From an uncultured delta proteobacterium (lineage in GTDB: Bacteria > Myxococcota_A > UBA9160 > SZUA-336): a DNA stretch of 64,000 nt. A program made the translations under genes and the position numbers. Below, one piece after another: positions 1-11,729 of the stretch. Location: positions 64,001-128,000 of the forward strand of contig CAVPHD010000012.1 of NCBI GenBank assembly GCA_963704165.1, in the 5' to 3' direction. How positions within the stretch are numbered: the stretch's first letter is position 1; every line of letters starts with the position of its first letter. The notes below the pieces were generated by a model. The model was given only the letters and a program-made list of their open reading frames with translations, was not told where the DNA came from and did not search any database.

Positions 1-290
1 TTTTCCCAGTTGTTCGGCGACGTCGAGACGTCGCGGTACACCGCGGGGTGTGTGGAGCTGTCGTTGACCGGCCAGTGGAACCAGTTCTCGGGATTCGAGT
101 TGCCCCGGTCCTCCCGGTACTTGGTCGAGAGGACGATCTGGCGCATCGACCCCGAGGTGTCGAACTGGATCATCACGACGGGCGGCACGCGACGCAGGAG
201 GATGTCGAGATCTCCCTGCGCGCGCGCATCGAGCGCGCACGTGAGTGCCACGAAGAGCGCGATCGCTCGAGCGAGGTTTCGGATCGTCAT
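1..290 (-). CDS. pilY1: PilY1/PilC-type pilus tip adhesin, N-terminal part (runs off window start)
   Basis: Hand translation from ATG 290: MTIRNLARAIALFVALTCALDARAQGDLDILLRRVPPVVMIQFDTSGSM; signal peptide then vWA MIDAS-like DxSGS; ATGA overlap with pilX stop; absent from ORF track. Confidence 0.8.
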   Translation of the reverse strand, partial: MTIRNLARAIALFVALTCALDARAQGDLDILLRRVPPVVMIQFDTSGSMRQIVLSTKYREDRGNSNPENWFHWPVNDSSTHPAVYRDVSTSPNNWE

Positions 291-823
291 TGGTACTGTC
301 CTCCGCCGCCACCCTCATGAAGTCTGTATTGCGCCTGCAAATGAACCGTTCCGTTGCCGGCGTTCGTCGCGACGATGTCGGCGCGGACCGCAGCAAAGGA
401 CTGGGCGTTGCCGCTGCCGAGGTTCAGCATGAACCCGTCGGGAGCCTCGGCGGTCGCCCCGCTGCCGCCGCCGATCGCCTCGGCGACGGCGTTCTCGGGC
501 CGACCCGAGCGAACCGCGATCGGATTGCCGAACCCGTCGTTGACCAGGCCCGGGTCGTCGATCGTGAACGCCGGCGTCGTTCCGCCGTTGTAGTTCGCGA
601 GCAGATTGGCCTGCACGAGAGCAAGTCCCGCCTCGCCCGCGTAGAGCGTCGCGTCCTTCCGCCGGGAGCTTCCGCTCGCCGACGCCTCGTCCTGTGCGTG
701 CTGCAGCGCCGTGATTCCGAGCGCGCTCATCAGCAGCAGGAGGACGACGGCGACCAGGAGCGCGGCTCCGCGCTCGTCGCGCAGCGTCTCCGAGGCCGTT
801 CGAGTGACTCGCAGCGTGTTCAT
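287..823 (-). CDS. pilX: Type IV minor pilin PilX-like
   Basis: ERG/AALLVAVVLLLL prepilin N-terminus lacking Glu5, AGEAG motif, position in cluster. Confidence 0.8.
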   Translation of the reverse strand: MNTLRVTRTASETLRDERGAALLVAVVLLLLMSALGITALQHAQDEASASGSSRRKDATLYAGEAGLALVQANLLANYNGGTTPAFTIDDPGLVNDGFGNPIAVRSGRPENAVAEAIGGGSGATAEAPDGFMLNLGSGNAQSFAAVRADIVATNAGNGTVHLQAQYRLHEGGGGGQYQ

Positions 824-1860
824 CAGCTATCTCCAACGGCAACGAGGTTGCGCGGCAGAATGCTCGCGCTGAAGCTGCGGCGCCGGAATCGGTCCGGTGC
901 GACGGCGGCCAGGCGATTCGCGAGAGCGGGACGCCCTCCGACGATGCGACCGTGCGCGGAGTCGGCGGCCTCTTCCTGGTTCGTGCGCGCGAGCACCGAT
1001 ACGCGCACGCGGCGCACCGTCGACATGTCCGCCGGAATTGCGCCGGCGGGCGGATCCGGGTTGTTCAGCGTGTTGACCGGGAACTCGGTGTCGGCGTCCT
1101 GAACGCCGTTCGGCGTGCCGGCGTTGTCGAGCCAGTATTCGATCTGCATGTCCTCGATCGACGAGGCGAGCAAGAGGCCGTTCCGGCGCAGCTCGAGCGC
1201 GGCGGGATCGACCTCGTAGACCTGTGCGGGAACCGCGCGCAGCTGCGGACCGACACCGGACGTGATGTAGGCGGTCGCGTCGCCGAACTCGACGGTGTCG
1301 TCCGTGTCGTGATCCTCGAAGTAGATGACGTTGCCGACGATCCGGGTGATGCGCGCGCAGAAGGTCTCGGTTGGGGACGAGATGATGATCCCGCCGCCGT
1401 TGCCGCCACCCGCGACGGTCGGCGCGAGGAAGTCGATCACGGGCGCGCTGCCGTCGATGTCGAGACTCGAGACGGTCACCCGATCGGCCGAGAGCGCCGT
1501 CACCTGCGCGCCGTCGAAGGGCAGCGTCTTCGTGTCGAGCGGCGAGGGTGCGCCGGTGAAGTCGAAGTACGAAGCATCGGAGACGCAGAAACGGTCGGAC
1601 GCGTCGTCGCCACCGTCCACGCTCGAGACCGCCGTCCACTGGGGCACCATGAAACCACCCATGCGCGTGTCGAAGGAGACCAGGTCGAGCGTGAGGCGCG
1701 CCTGCTCCTGCACGTCCAGGGCGCGCTCGTTGCTCGAGTACACGCGCTTCTGGTTGCTGAACACGACCAGGAGCTGCGCGGTGATCAATCCAAAGACGGC
1801 CACCGAAACCATCAGCTCGATCAGGGAGAAACCCGCGGAGGAGCGAAGCTGGGCGCGCAT
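823..1860 (-). CDS. pilW: Type IV minor pilin PilW-like
   Basis: G/FSLIELMV cleavage site; C-terminal IEDMQIEY, VRVSVLART, PRN motifs. Confidence 0.85.
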   Translation of the reverse strand: MRAQLRSSAGFSLIELMVSVAVFGLITAQLLVVFSNQKRVYSSNERALDVQEQARLTLDLVSFDTRMGGFMVPQWTAVSSVDGGDDASDRFCVSDASYFDFTGAPSPLDTKTLPFDGAQVTALSADRVTVSSLDIDGSAPVIDFLAPTVAGGGNGGGIIISSPTETFCARITRIVGNVIYFEDHDTDDTVEFGDATAYITSGVGPQLRAVPAQVYEVDPAALELRRNGLLLASSIEDMQIEYWLDNAGTPNGVQDADTEFPVNTLNNPDPPAGAIPADMSTVRRVRVSVLARTNQEEAADSAHGRIVGGRPALANRLAAVAPDRFRRRSFSASILPRNLVAVGDS

Positions 1861-1861
1861 C

Positions 1862-2296
1862 TCAGTTCATCCTCTTCACGGAGTTGAGCTGGACCTGCCG
1901 CACTCCGCCCTGCGCGTTGTTCCAGGTCACGGTCACCGCAACCTGAGCGAGGCCCGCGGCCGGAACGTTCGGCGTCACCGTGACGCTGCGGTTGAAGCGC
2001 GTCAGGTCGTCGGGGTCGCTGCTCGCCTGGATCGGGTTGGCCGGGTCGTCCGTCGTCGCGGCGGCCTGAAGGAAGGCCGCGTTCAGTGGCAGCGCCTCGA
2101 TGTCGTCCATCTGCTCGCGCGCCAGGAACATCGCCTGCTGCAGGTTCTTGCTGCGCGACGAGACCTTGATGGCAGAGAGCTGTGCCACGGCGATCGAGAG
2201 CAGACCCACGCCGAGGATGACCATCGCGATCATCACCTCGAGAAGCGTGAAGCCCGACTCGGTTCGCGAATCGCTGTTTCGTCGATGAAGCTTCAT
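1862..2296 (-). CDS. pilV: Type IV minor pilin PilV-like
   Basis: G/FTLLEVMIAM; LAREQMDDI; start reassigned to ATG 2296. Confidence 0.8.
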   Translation of the reverse strand: MKLHRRNSDSRTESGFTLLEVMIAMVILGVGLLSIAVAQLSAIKVSSRSKNLQQAMFLAREQMDDIEALPLNAAFLQAAATTDDPANPIQASSDPDDLTRFNRSVTVTPNVPAAGLAQVAVTVTWNNAQGGVRQVQLNSVKRMN

Positions 2297-2298
2297 GG

Positions 2299-2973
2299 CT
2301 AGTGCCACTCCCCTCTTGCAACGTCGAGTCTTTGGAGCTTCACCGACCCGAGCGGCATGACGAGAACCGCGAGAACCACGTTGTCGTTGTCGGTGATGTA
2401 GATGCCGCCCGCTCCGGTGCCCCACTCGGCGGGTGTGTCGATCGCGACCGCGGCGCCCTGCGGCGAGAATGCGGCGACGGGGATGCCGAGCTCGGCGGAG
2501 TCGGGCAGCGTCGTGCCGTCCGCGAGCGAGCCGAGGTCGGCTCCCTGCTCCGTGCCCGTCTGATCTTCGGCGGGGATCGCGAGTGCGGAGTGCGGCGAGC
2601 TCGTGACCCCGTAGAACGAGACGCTGGGACTCAATCCACTGTCGGGGAAGATCGGCACGATCGTGTCGGCCGCGGTCACGCGGTTGTCGCCGTCGTCATC
2701 CGTGACGAAGGCCGCGATCTGTCCGGGCACGAACGGCGCGACCCCATTGGTCGGTTCCCCGAAGAGCAGGAACGTCATCCGACCGGTCGCGATCGCGCGG
2801 TCACGCGCGTTCGAGATCATTCCGCTGACGCTGACGGCCGCGCGCCGGGTGTCTTCCTTGCGCTTGTAGCTCGTCATCGCGGGCATCGCCATCGCGACCA
2901 CGATGCCCATGATCGCCACGACGACCATGAGCTCGATCAGCGTGAAGCCTTCTCGATCGCGAAATCTTTTCAT
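2299..2973 (-). CDS. fimU: FimU/FimT-family minor pilin
   Basis: MKRFRDREG/FTLIELMVVV, ARDRAI motif; GGAG-type SD upstream of ATG 2973. Confidence 0.8.
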   Translation of the reverse strand: MKRFRDREGFTLIELMVVVAIMGIVVAMAMPAMTSYKRKEDTRRAAVSVSGMISNARDRAIATGRMTFLLFGEPTNGVAPFVPGQIAAFVTDDDGDNRVTAADTIVPIFPDSGLSPSVSFYGVTSSPHSALAIPAEDQTGTEQGADLGSLADGTTLPDSAELGIPVAAFSPQGAAVAIDTPAEWGTGAGGIYITDNDNVVLAVLVMPLGSVKLQRLDVARGEWH

Positions 2974-3160
2974 GATCCTCGCCTCCGCGGGGAGAGAGGA
3001 GCAACGCTCGTGCCGCAGGCCGAGAGACGCGTAGCTGGCGCCTCGCGGTGGTTTCGGGGCCGCGGCGTCGGCAACGAATGCCGACCCGGAAAAGCTTGCG
3101 CGGCCACCGGGCTTCCTGCACAAATGGCGATCCGATCCCCGTCTTATTGAGGAGCTGCTC

Positions 3161-4769
3161 GTGCCGACCCCCATCTCCCCCGATCGAACCCGCAAGAGCC
3201 CTGGCCTCGCTCGAGGCGCCGCTCGCGCGCGCAATTGCGAGCGCACGCGCACGCGACATCGACGAGCAACAGGTCGGAATCGCTCGGCTCGCCGACATCG
3301 CGACGAAGCTCCGCGCCGCGCGGGATCTCGACACCTACGCCGCGACCGCGGGGCCACAGTTCCAGGAGCAGTCCGCGGTCTTCGCCGGACACGTCGCGAG
3401 CGAGGTCGAGCGGCTCGTGCAGGTCCACGGGCCCGAGCACGGCCTGACGAGCGCCGACCTGCCGGGTGAAGAGACCCAGGCCTTCGCACGGGAGGCGCAG
3501 TCCGAGGAGCGCGTCCGCGCGATCGGTCGCGCGGTCGCACAGCAGCGCGGACGGAACGACTGCCCGCTCGACGAAACGCTCGTTCTCGCAAGGGACGCGG
3601 CGCGCGCCTTCGCCGAGAGCGAGGTCGCGCCCCACGCCGAGCGCATCCACCGCAACGACGAGCTCGTGCCCGAGAGCTTCCTCGAGATGATGGCCGAGCT
3701 CGGCTACTTCGGACTCTCGGTGCCGGAGCAGTACGGCGGCGTCGAGATGGGCAACGTCGCGATGTGCATCACCACCGAGGAGCTCTCTCGCGCCTCGCTC
3801 GCGGCCGCGGGCTCGTTGATCACGCGGCCCGAGATCCTCGCCAAGGCCCTGCTCGCGGGTGGCACCGAGGCTCAGAAGAGCCACTGGCTGCCGAAGATCG
3901 CCGCCGGCGAACTGATGGTCGGCATCAGCGTGACCGAGCCCGACATCGGCAGCGACGTCGCGGGCGTGAAGTGCCGGGCCGAGCGTGCGACGCAGAACGG
4001 TGTCGCTGGTTGGACGATCACCGGTCCGAAGGCCTGGTGCACGTTCGCCGGACGCGCCGACATCCTGGCGCTGCTCGCGCGCACGGATCCCGACATGAAG
4101 AAGGGCGCGCGCGGGCTCACGCTCTTCATCGTGCCGAAGGAGCGCGCGCTCGGGCACGAGTTCGAGCTGCAGCAGCCCGGCGGCGGGCGTCTCGCGGGGA
4201 AGGCCGACGCCACTCCGGGCTATCGCGGCATGCACTCCTTCACGCTCAACTTCGAGCGCTGGTTCGTGCCCGCCGAGAACGCCGTCGGCGGCGAGGACGG
4301 GATCGGCAAGGGCTTCTTCCTGCAGATGGGTGGATTCGCCGCGGGTCGGCTTCAGACGGCGGGCCGCGCGTGCGGCGTCGCGCAGGCCGCGCTCGAGAAG
4401 ACCGCCGAGTACGTCATCGACCGCGCGCAGTTCGGCACACGGCTGATCGACTTCCAGCTCACGCAGTACAAGCTCGGTTGGATGGCCGCGCAGATCGCGG
4501 CCGCGCGCGCGATCACCTACGCCGCAGCCGCTGCGATGGACGAGGACGAGCGCAAGGCCGCGCCGTATGCCGCACAGGCCAAGTTGCTCGCCTGCGACGT
4601 CGCCGTCGCCGTCACCCAGGACGGCCAGCTTCTGCACGGCGGTTGGGGCTACGCGGAGGAGTATCCGATCAGCCGGTACGTCGTCGATGCGCAGGTGCTG
4701 CCGATCTTCGAGGGCGTGAAGCCGATCCTGCAGCTCAAGGTGATCGGGCGCGCGCTGCTCGGCAGCTGA
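3161..4769 (+). CDS. Acyl-CoA dehydrogenase with N-terminal extension; probable indel in C-run near 3180
   Basis: VTEPDIGSD, GPKAWCT, HGGWGY, IFEG motifs; SD GAGGAG precedes GTG 3161, which is out of frame with the body. Confidence 0.85.
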
Positions 4770-5067
4770 TGAAATCGGACCTCGATCAGATCGACATCGT
4801 GGTCGGAGACATGGAGGCGAGCCTCGCGTTCTACCGCGCGCTCGGCGTCGAGATTCCGGAGTCGGCGATCTGGCGGACCGCGAGCGGTGCGCGGACGTGG
4901 ACCTCATCCACGAACGGTTGACGCGTCTCGGCCATCCGAGCTCACAGGAGCCGTACGACGCCTTCTGGGGCTCTCGTTACGCGATCGTCCTGGATCCGGA
5001 CGGAAACCACGTCGGAATCATGAGCGATGCCGACCCGGCTCGGCGATCCGCTCCGCCCGACCTCTAG
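4769..5067 (+). pseudogene. VOC/glyoxalase family protein, internally deleted and frameshifted
   Basis: IDIVVGDMEASLAFYRALG in one frame, PYDAFWGSRYAIVLDPDGNHV in another; junction near 4890, middle segment missing. Confidence 0.75.
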
Positions 5068-5089
5068 TCGGATTCCGGGCGGGTCCGAC

Positions 5090-5937
5090 TCAGTCGCCCG
5101 GCGTCGCAGGCTTCGCGTCATCGAGCGTCGTGACACGGACGACGAGCAGCGATTCACTCGCGCCGGACTCGCGTGCCGCGCCACTCGGAAAATCCATCCC
5201 CGAGCTCGCCTCGGATCCGGAGACGCCGGCGATCGCCACCGATTCGCCGGGCCGGACGCGGACCCGGGTCGACGCGCTGGTCTCTCGGATCGACCCGTCG
5301 CGATCGAGCTCCCGGACGATCGGAGTGATCTCGACCTCGATCCCGTCCTCACCCACGCTGCGCGGGCGGACACGGAAGCCGCTTCGGACGGGCACGAAAC
5401 CGGTCGATTCGGTGGTGCGGGAGTACGGCCCGACCCGCTCGAAGGTTCGGGTCGTGACCGCGTGGTCGGCACCGGTCCAGATCTCGGCCGAATGGCCCTC
5501 CATCACCACCACGCTCGCCGCGATCCGCTCGTTCGAGCCCGTGCTTCCCGCGCCGGCGCGAAGGCGTACGCCCTCGGGTCCGACGACCCGGCCGATGCGG
5601 ACACCACCGGCCTCGACCCAGCCGGTGACGCTCGCCGATACCCGGTCGAGTGCCGCGCGGCTCGAGGTCTCCGACTCGACCCGGTATTGGCGCACGCCCT
5701 GATCGAGCTCGCGCAGCGCGGCGAGCGCCCGCGCGACCGATTCGGGGTCACCCGAGATCACGATCTTTCCCGAGTGGGGATCGGCGACGACGGCCCCCCC
5801 ACCCGCGAGCAGCGCCTGGACCAGCGGCGCGAGCTCCTCGGCGGGGCGATTCTTCGGCACGTAGATCTCGAAGCCGCCGGCGATGGCCGCGACGGCGAGG
5901 CTCGCGATCGCGACTCCGAGCAGGAGCGCCGACTTGA
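5090..5937 (-). CDS. Short secretin-like protein (NolW/N-domain plus reduced secretin domain); start uncertain
   Basis: Signal-like [71 protein letters not shown]. Confidence 0.65.
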
Positions 5938-5961
5938 CACCCCTGCGCTCGCCCGTACGAT
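5934..5961 (+). promoter_or_regulatory. Sigma70-type promoter of groES-groEL
   Basis: TTGACA (5934-5939), 16 bp, TACGAT (5956-5961). Confidence 0.65.
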
Positions 5962-6058
5962 GCGGCCCGCGCGCAGTCGCGTGATAGCTCGCCCGAAGGC
6001 GCGCGGACTCACCCCCAAACTCACCCCCAACCCCAACGACAGGGAGATCCGGGAAACC

Positions 6059-6352
6059 ATGGCAAGCAAGGTTCGTCCGCTTCACAACCGCATCATTGTG
6101 CAGCGCATCAAGGAAGAGGAGAAGACCGCGGGCGGGATCATCATTCCCGACACGGCCAAAGAGAAGCCGACCGAGGGCAAGGTGATCGCCGCCGGACCGG
6201 GCCGACGCGACGAGAAGGGCAACCTGGTCGCCATGGACGTGAAGAAGGGCGATCGCGTGCTGTTCTCGAAGTACTCGGGAAACGAAGTGAACCTCGATGG
6301 CGAGGAGCACCTGATCATCTCCGAGGACGATGTCCTCGCGATCCTGGAGTAG
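6059..6352 (+). CDS. groES: Co-chaperonin GroES
   Basis: [40 protein letters not shown]. Confidence 0.98.
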   Translation: MASKVRPLHNRIIVQRIKEEEKTAGGIIIPDTAKEKPTEGKVIAAGPGRRDEKGNLVAMDVKKGDRVLFSKYSGNEVNLDGEEHLIISEDDVLAILE

Positions 6353-8035
<1,683 letters not shown>

Positions 8036-8038
8036 GCC

Positions 8039-8074
8039 AGCGCGGACGGTGCGGTTCTCCGCGCCGTCCGCGCT
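8039..8074. terminator. Hairpin between convergent groEL and purU
   Basis: AGCGCGGACGGTGCGG-TTCT-CCGCGCCGTCCGCGCT, 16 bp stem with one G-U; weak U tract. Confidence 0.65.
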
Positions 8075-8084
8075 TCGCTCGGGA

Positions 8085-8942
8085 TCAAAAGACCACCGTC
8101 CTCCGGCCGAGCGCGAGGATCCGGTCCTCGAGGTGCGCGATCACCGCGCGTGCCAGTACCACGCGCTCGACGTCGCGGCCCTTTCGCACGAGATCGCCGA
8201 TCGCGTCGTGATGCGAGACGGCGACCACGTCCTGCTCGATGATCGGCCCCTCGTCGAGCTCGGTCGTCGCGTAGTGCGCCGTGGCGCCGATGCGCTTCAC
8301 GCCGCGTTCCCATGCCTGGTGATACGGTCGCGCGCCACTGAACGCCGGCAGCGTGCTGTGGTGGATGTTGATGATGCGCTCCGGGAACGCCGACACGAAT
8401 CGCTCGGACAAGACCTGCATGTACCGCGCGAGCACGACCAGGTCGATCCTCTCGCGCAGGAGCAGCTCGATCTCGCGCTCCTCCTGGGCTTCCTTCGTCG
8501 CCTTGTCGATCGGGAAGAGCTGGTACGCGACACCGAACTGCGACGCGATTCCCGAGAGATCCGGGTGGTTCGAGATGATCAGTGCAATCTCGCAGCGGAG
8601 CTCGCCAAGACGGTGCCGGATCAAGAGATCGTAGAGGCAGTGCTCGAACTTCGAGACGAAGATCGCGACTCGCTTTGGCCGGTCGGAATAGGAGATCCGC
8701 CAGCGCATCTGGTAGCGGCCGCATTCGATCGCCAGTAGCGCCTCGAGCTGCTCACGCGAGATGTCGAGCTCGCTCGAATCGAAATGGATGCGCTGGCTGA
8801 AGATCCGCTCCTGCGGGTCGAGATGCTGCTGCGCCTCGAGGATGTTGGCGCCGTGGTCGTGAAGCAGCTGTGCCATCGCCGCGACCAGGCCTTTTCGGTC
8901 CGGGCAGCAGAGCAGAAGCGTCGCCGTGGGCGCTTTGCTCAT
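8085..8942 (-). CDS. purU: Formyltetrahydrofolate deformylase
   Basis: ACT domain CPDRKGLVA; LARYMQVLS, IINIHHSTLPAFSGARPY, LDEGPIIEQD. Confidence 0.95.
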   Translation of the reverse strand: MSKAPTATLLLCCPDRKGLVAAMAQLLHDHGANILEAQQHLDPQERIFSQRIHFDSSELDISREQLEALLAIECGRYQMRWRISYSDRPKRVAIFVSKFEHCLYDLLIRHRLGELRCEIALIISNHPDLSGIASQFGVAYQLFPIDKATKEAQEEREIELLLRERIDLVVLARYMQVLSERFVSAFPERIINIHHSTLPAFSGARPYHQAWERGVKRIGATAHYATTELDEGPIIEQDVVAVSHHDAIGDLVRKGRDVERVVLARAVIAHLEDRILALGRRTVVF

Positions 8943-9817
8943 TCCGCGTCCCTCGGGAACGACTGGCCGATCGCGATGCACGCCTGACGCGCCGTGCGTC
9001 CGCTGCGCGTGCCGCGCTCGAGCGCGAAGCGCAGCGCGAGCGATTCGAGCTCGGCGCGAGGCACTCGCCGGTCCAGCCCGAGCGCCCGCGCGTGAAGCTG
9101 AACGATCCGCAAATACGTCTCCTGGTCGAACGCGAAGAACGGCAGCATGAGTCCGAAGCGATCCGAGAGGGAGATCTTCTCTTCGGCCGTCTCTCCGGGG
9201 TGCAGGAGCCCGTCGACGTCCATCCGCGCCTCGGCGTTCTCGGACGAGCGCTCGGTCAGCAGGTGCCGGCGATTCGAAGTGGCGATGATCAACGCGTTCG
9301 CCGGACGAGCCTCGAGTCCGCCGTCGAGCTCCGCCTTGAGAAGCTTCCAGCTCGTGTCGCCCTCGTCGAACGAGAGATCGTCGCAGACCACTCCGAATCG
9401 CTCGGGCCTGCCGCGCAGGAGCTTCCAGAGCGACGGCAGCTCGAGGAGATCGTCACGCCGAACCTCGACGAGCCGGAACCCGCTCGAGGCGAACTCGGAG
9501 AGCAGGCCGCGAACCGCCGACGACTTGCCCGTGCCGCGTTCGCCGTAGAGCAACATGTCGAGCGCCGGCTCACCGCGCGTGAACGCCGCGACGTTGCTAC
9601 GCAGCTTCGCGATCGAACGCTCTACGCCGAGCAGCGCATCGAGCGGGTAGAGATCGGGATGCACGATCGGCGCGAGCGCGGAGCCGCGAAAGCGGAATGC
9701 GACCGCCTTCTCGGCGTCGCCGCTCGCGGGTGTTGCCTCGCCGCGAGAGAGCGCTTCTTCGAGCCGGCCGAGCACGCTCTCGATCCGGGGCAGAAGCGCA
9801 TCCCAGCTTCGCGTCAC
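8939..9817 (-). CDS. DUF815-family AAA+ ATPase
   Basis: LLYGERGTGKSS, CDDLSF, ATSNRRHL, EEKISLSDRFGL, RSGRTARQ. Confidence 0.9.
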   Translation of the reverse strand: MTRSWDALLPRIESVLGRLEEALSRGEATPASGDAEKAVAFRFRGSALAPIVHPDLYPLDALLGVERSIAKLRSNVAAFTRGEPALDMLLYGERGTGKSSAVRGLLSEFASSGFRLVEVRRDDLLELPSLWKLLRGRPERFGVVCDDLSFDEGDTSWKLLKAELDGGLEARPANALIIATSNRRHLLTERSSENAEARMDVDGLLHPGETAEEKISLSDRFGLMLPFFAFDQETYLRIVQLHARALGLDRRVPRAELESLALRFALERGTRSGRTARQACIAIGQSFPRDAE

Positions 9818-9845
9818 GTCCGCTCCGCCGAAATCACCATCGCGA

Positions 9846-10373
9846 TCAGAGCTTGAGACGGCTGCGCGTCCCACCACCGCGCGGCGCGATCAGACCGAGC
9901 AGGATTCCGACGAGGACGATGGCCGCCCCGGCCGTGAGCACCTTCCAGCGCGCGTTCGCGCTCGCGTTGGACGCATCGGCCTCGAGCACTCGATTGCGCT
10001 CGCGAAGCGCGGCGAGCTCCACGAGCTCCGCGGTCCGTGTCCCGAGCTCCTTGTCGAGCTCGGAAACGCGCGCTTCGGCCGTCGCCAACCTCTCTCGAAC
10101 GCGTGGAAGCTGGACGCTCGCCGGCTCCTCGTTCGAGACGTAGCCCTCGGGAACCCAACCCTCGAGGCCGCCGCTCCGCACCCGGACCCACTCACCGTCA
10201 CGGCCGAGTGTCTCCACGACCGCGCCAGCCGGCAGGATCTTCATGATCCGGAACTCGAGTCCCGGCCCGGCGCGCAGGTTGGCGCGCACCTCGCCATCGA
10301 CGAACTCCGCCACGGCGGAGCGCGAACCGAAGATCACGAGGGCAATCAGACAGAGCCAGCGAGCCACGCGCAT
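9846..10373 (-). CDS. Bacterial SH3 domain protein with coiled coil and C-terminal TM (YgiM-like)
   Basis: Signal peptide, LRAGPG..EWVRVR..GWV, coiled coil, TM, basic tail. Confidence 0.85.
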   Translation of the reverse strand: MRVARWLCLIALVIFGSRSAVAEFVDGEVRANLRAGPGLEFRIMKILPAGAVVETLGRDGEWVRVRSGGLEGWVPEGYVSNEEPASVQLPRVRERLATAEARVSELDKELGTRTAELVELAALRERNRVLEADASNASANARWKVLTAGAAIVLVGILLGLIAPRGGGTRSRLKL

Positions 10374-10403
10374 TCTCTACCACCTCATGCGGGCAGGTTC
10401 CAG

Positions 10404-11729
10404 CTAGAAGAAGACCCGCGAGAAGACGAGCGCGGCTGCGATGCCCGTGAAATCGGCCGCCAGACAGACGAATACGGTATGGCGGGCCGCCCGCACACCG
10501 ACGCTTCCGAAATACAGCGCCAGAACGTAGAACGTCGTCTCGGTGCTGCCGTTGATCACCGAGACGAGGTAGCCCACGAACGAATCCGGTCCGTATGCCG
10601 TCATCGTCTCCGTCATCACCGCCATCGCACCGCTCCCCGAGAGCGGACGGATCAGCGCCATGGGTAGCGCCTCGGCCGGAAATCCCAGCAGCGACGTGAC
10701 GGGGGACACGGCGGCGGTCAGGGCTCCGAGCGCGCCAGAGTGCCGGAACATGGCGACACCGACGAGGATCGCGACCAGGTACGGAATGATCATGATGGCG
10801 ATCTCGAAGCCCTCGCGTGCACCCGCGATGAACGAGTCGTATACCTTCACCCGGCGAGCGAAGCCGAAGAGCACGATCGCGGCCATCAGCGTCGGGAGCA
10901 GCCAGGTGTTGAGCGCCTGCTTCATCTGCTCGAGGCCGCTCGAATCGGGCGCGCCCGTCGCGAGCTGTCGCACGAGTGCGAAGCCGAGCAGGACGAAGAA
11001 CGCGGCGAGGAGGAGTCGGCGAACGGGCTCGCTCCGGGCGCGGACGTTCGCGGTCTGCTCCGCCTCCGCGATTCCGGCGATCGCCGAATCGGCGGCCTTC
11101 GGAACGGCCTCGCCCCCGGCAGTCGCGGCCGCCGCGCGCTCGACCGAGAACACCGCGCGACGCTGGATCAGCTTCGCCACCCCAATCGCAGCGAGCGTCG
11201 AGCAGGCGGTCGCGAGGACGCTGGGTATGACGATCCCGGCGGCGTTGGTCGAGCCGAGGCTCGCGCGGATCGCGATGACGCCGAGTGGTAGCACGGCGAC
11301 ACCGGATGTGTTGATCGCCAGGAAGAGCGCCATCGAGTCGGTCGCGACGCCCGGCCGCGGATTCAGCGTCTCGAGCTCGCGCATCGCCTTCAGCCCGAAT
11401 GGCGTGGCCGCGTTTCCTAGGCCGAGCACGTTCGCCGCAAGGTTCAGGATCATCGCGCCCATCGCCGGGTGCTCGGGCGACACGTCCGGAAAGAGCCGGC
11501 GCATGATCGGCGCGAGCGCCCGGGCGATCGAGGCCATGAAACCCGCGTCCCGAAGCACGCGCATGAAACCGAGCCAGAGCGCCATCGGCCCGATCAGTCC
11601 GAAAGCGACCACCATCACGGCGTTCTTCGCGGCGTCGAGCGCCGCTTGATTGGTCTCCGACATCGTCCCGGAGAAGGCCGCGACCAGGACCGCGGAGGCA
11701 ATCAACGCGATGAAGATCGCGTTCAGCAC
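10404..11729 (-). CDS. Fused SpmA/SpmB (nucleoside recognition/gate domain) membrane protein
   Basis: NVLGLGNAATPFGLKAM; LIRPLSGSGA; GSTETTFYVLALYFG; GTG 11729. Confidence 0.9.
   Translation of the reverse strand: MLNAIFIALIASAVLVAAFSGTMSETNQAALDAAKNAVMVVAFGLIGPMALWLGFMRVLRDAGFMASIARALAPIMRRLFPDVSPEHPAMGAMILNLAANVLGLGNAATPFGLKAMRELETLNPRPGVATDSMALFLAINTSGVAVLPLGVIAIRASLGSTNAAGIVIPSVLATACSTLAAIGVAKLIQRRAVFSVERAAAATAGGEAVPKAADSAIAGIAEAEQTANVRARSEPVRRLLLAAFFVLLGFALVRQLATGAPDSSGLEQMKQALNTWLLPTLMAAIVLFGFARRVKVYDSFIAGAREGFEIAIMIIPYLVAILVGVAMFRHSGALGALTAAVSPVTSLLGFPAEALPMALIRPLSGSGAMAVMTETMTAYGPDSFVGYLVSVINGSTETTFYVLALYFGSVGVRAARHTVFVCLAADFTGIAAALVFSRVFF

Noticed and set aside
10404..11729. SpmAB as evidence of sporulation
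   Set aside because: Fused SpmA/B proteins are widespread in non-sporulating bacteria; no other sporulation genes here.
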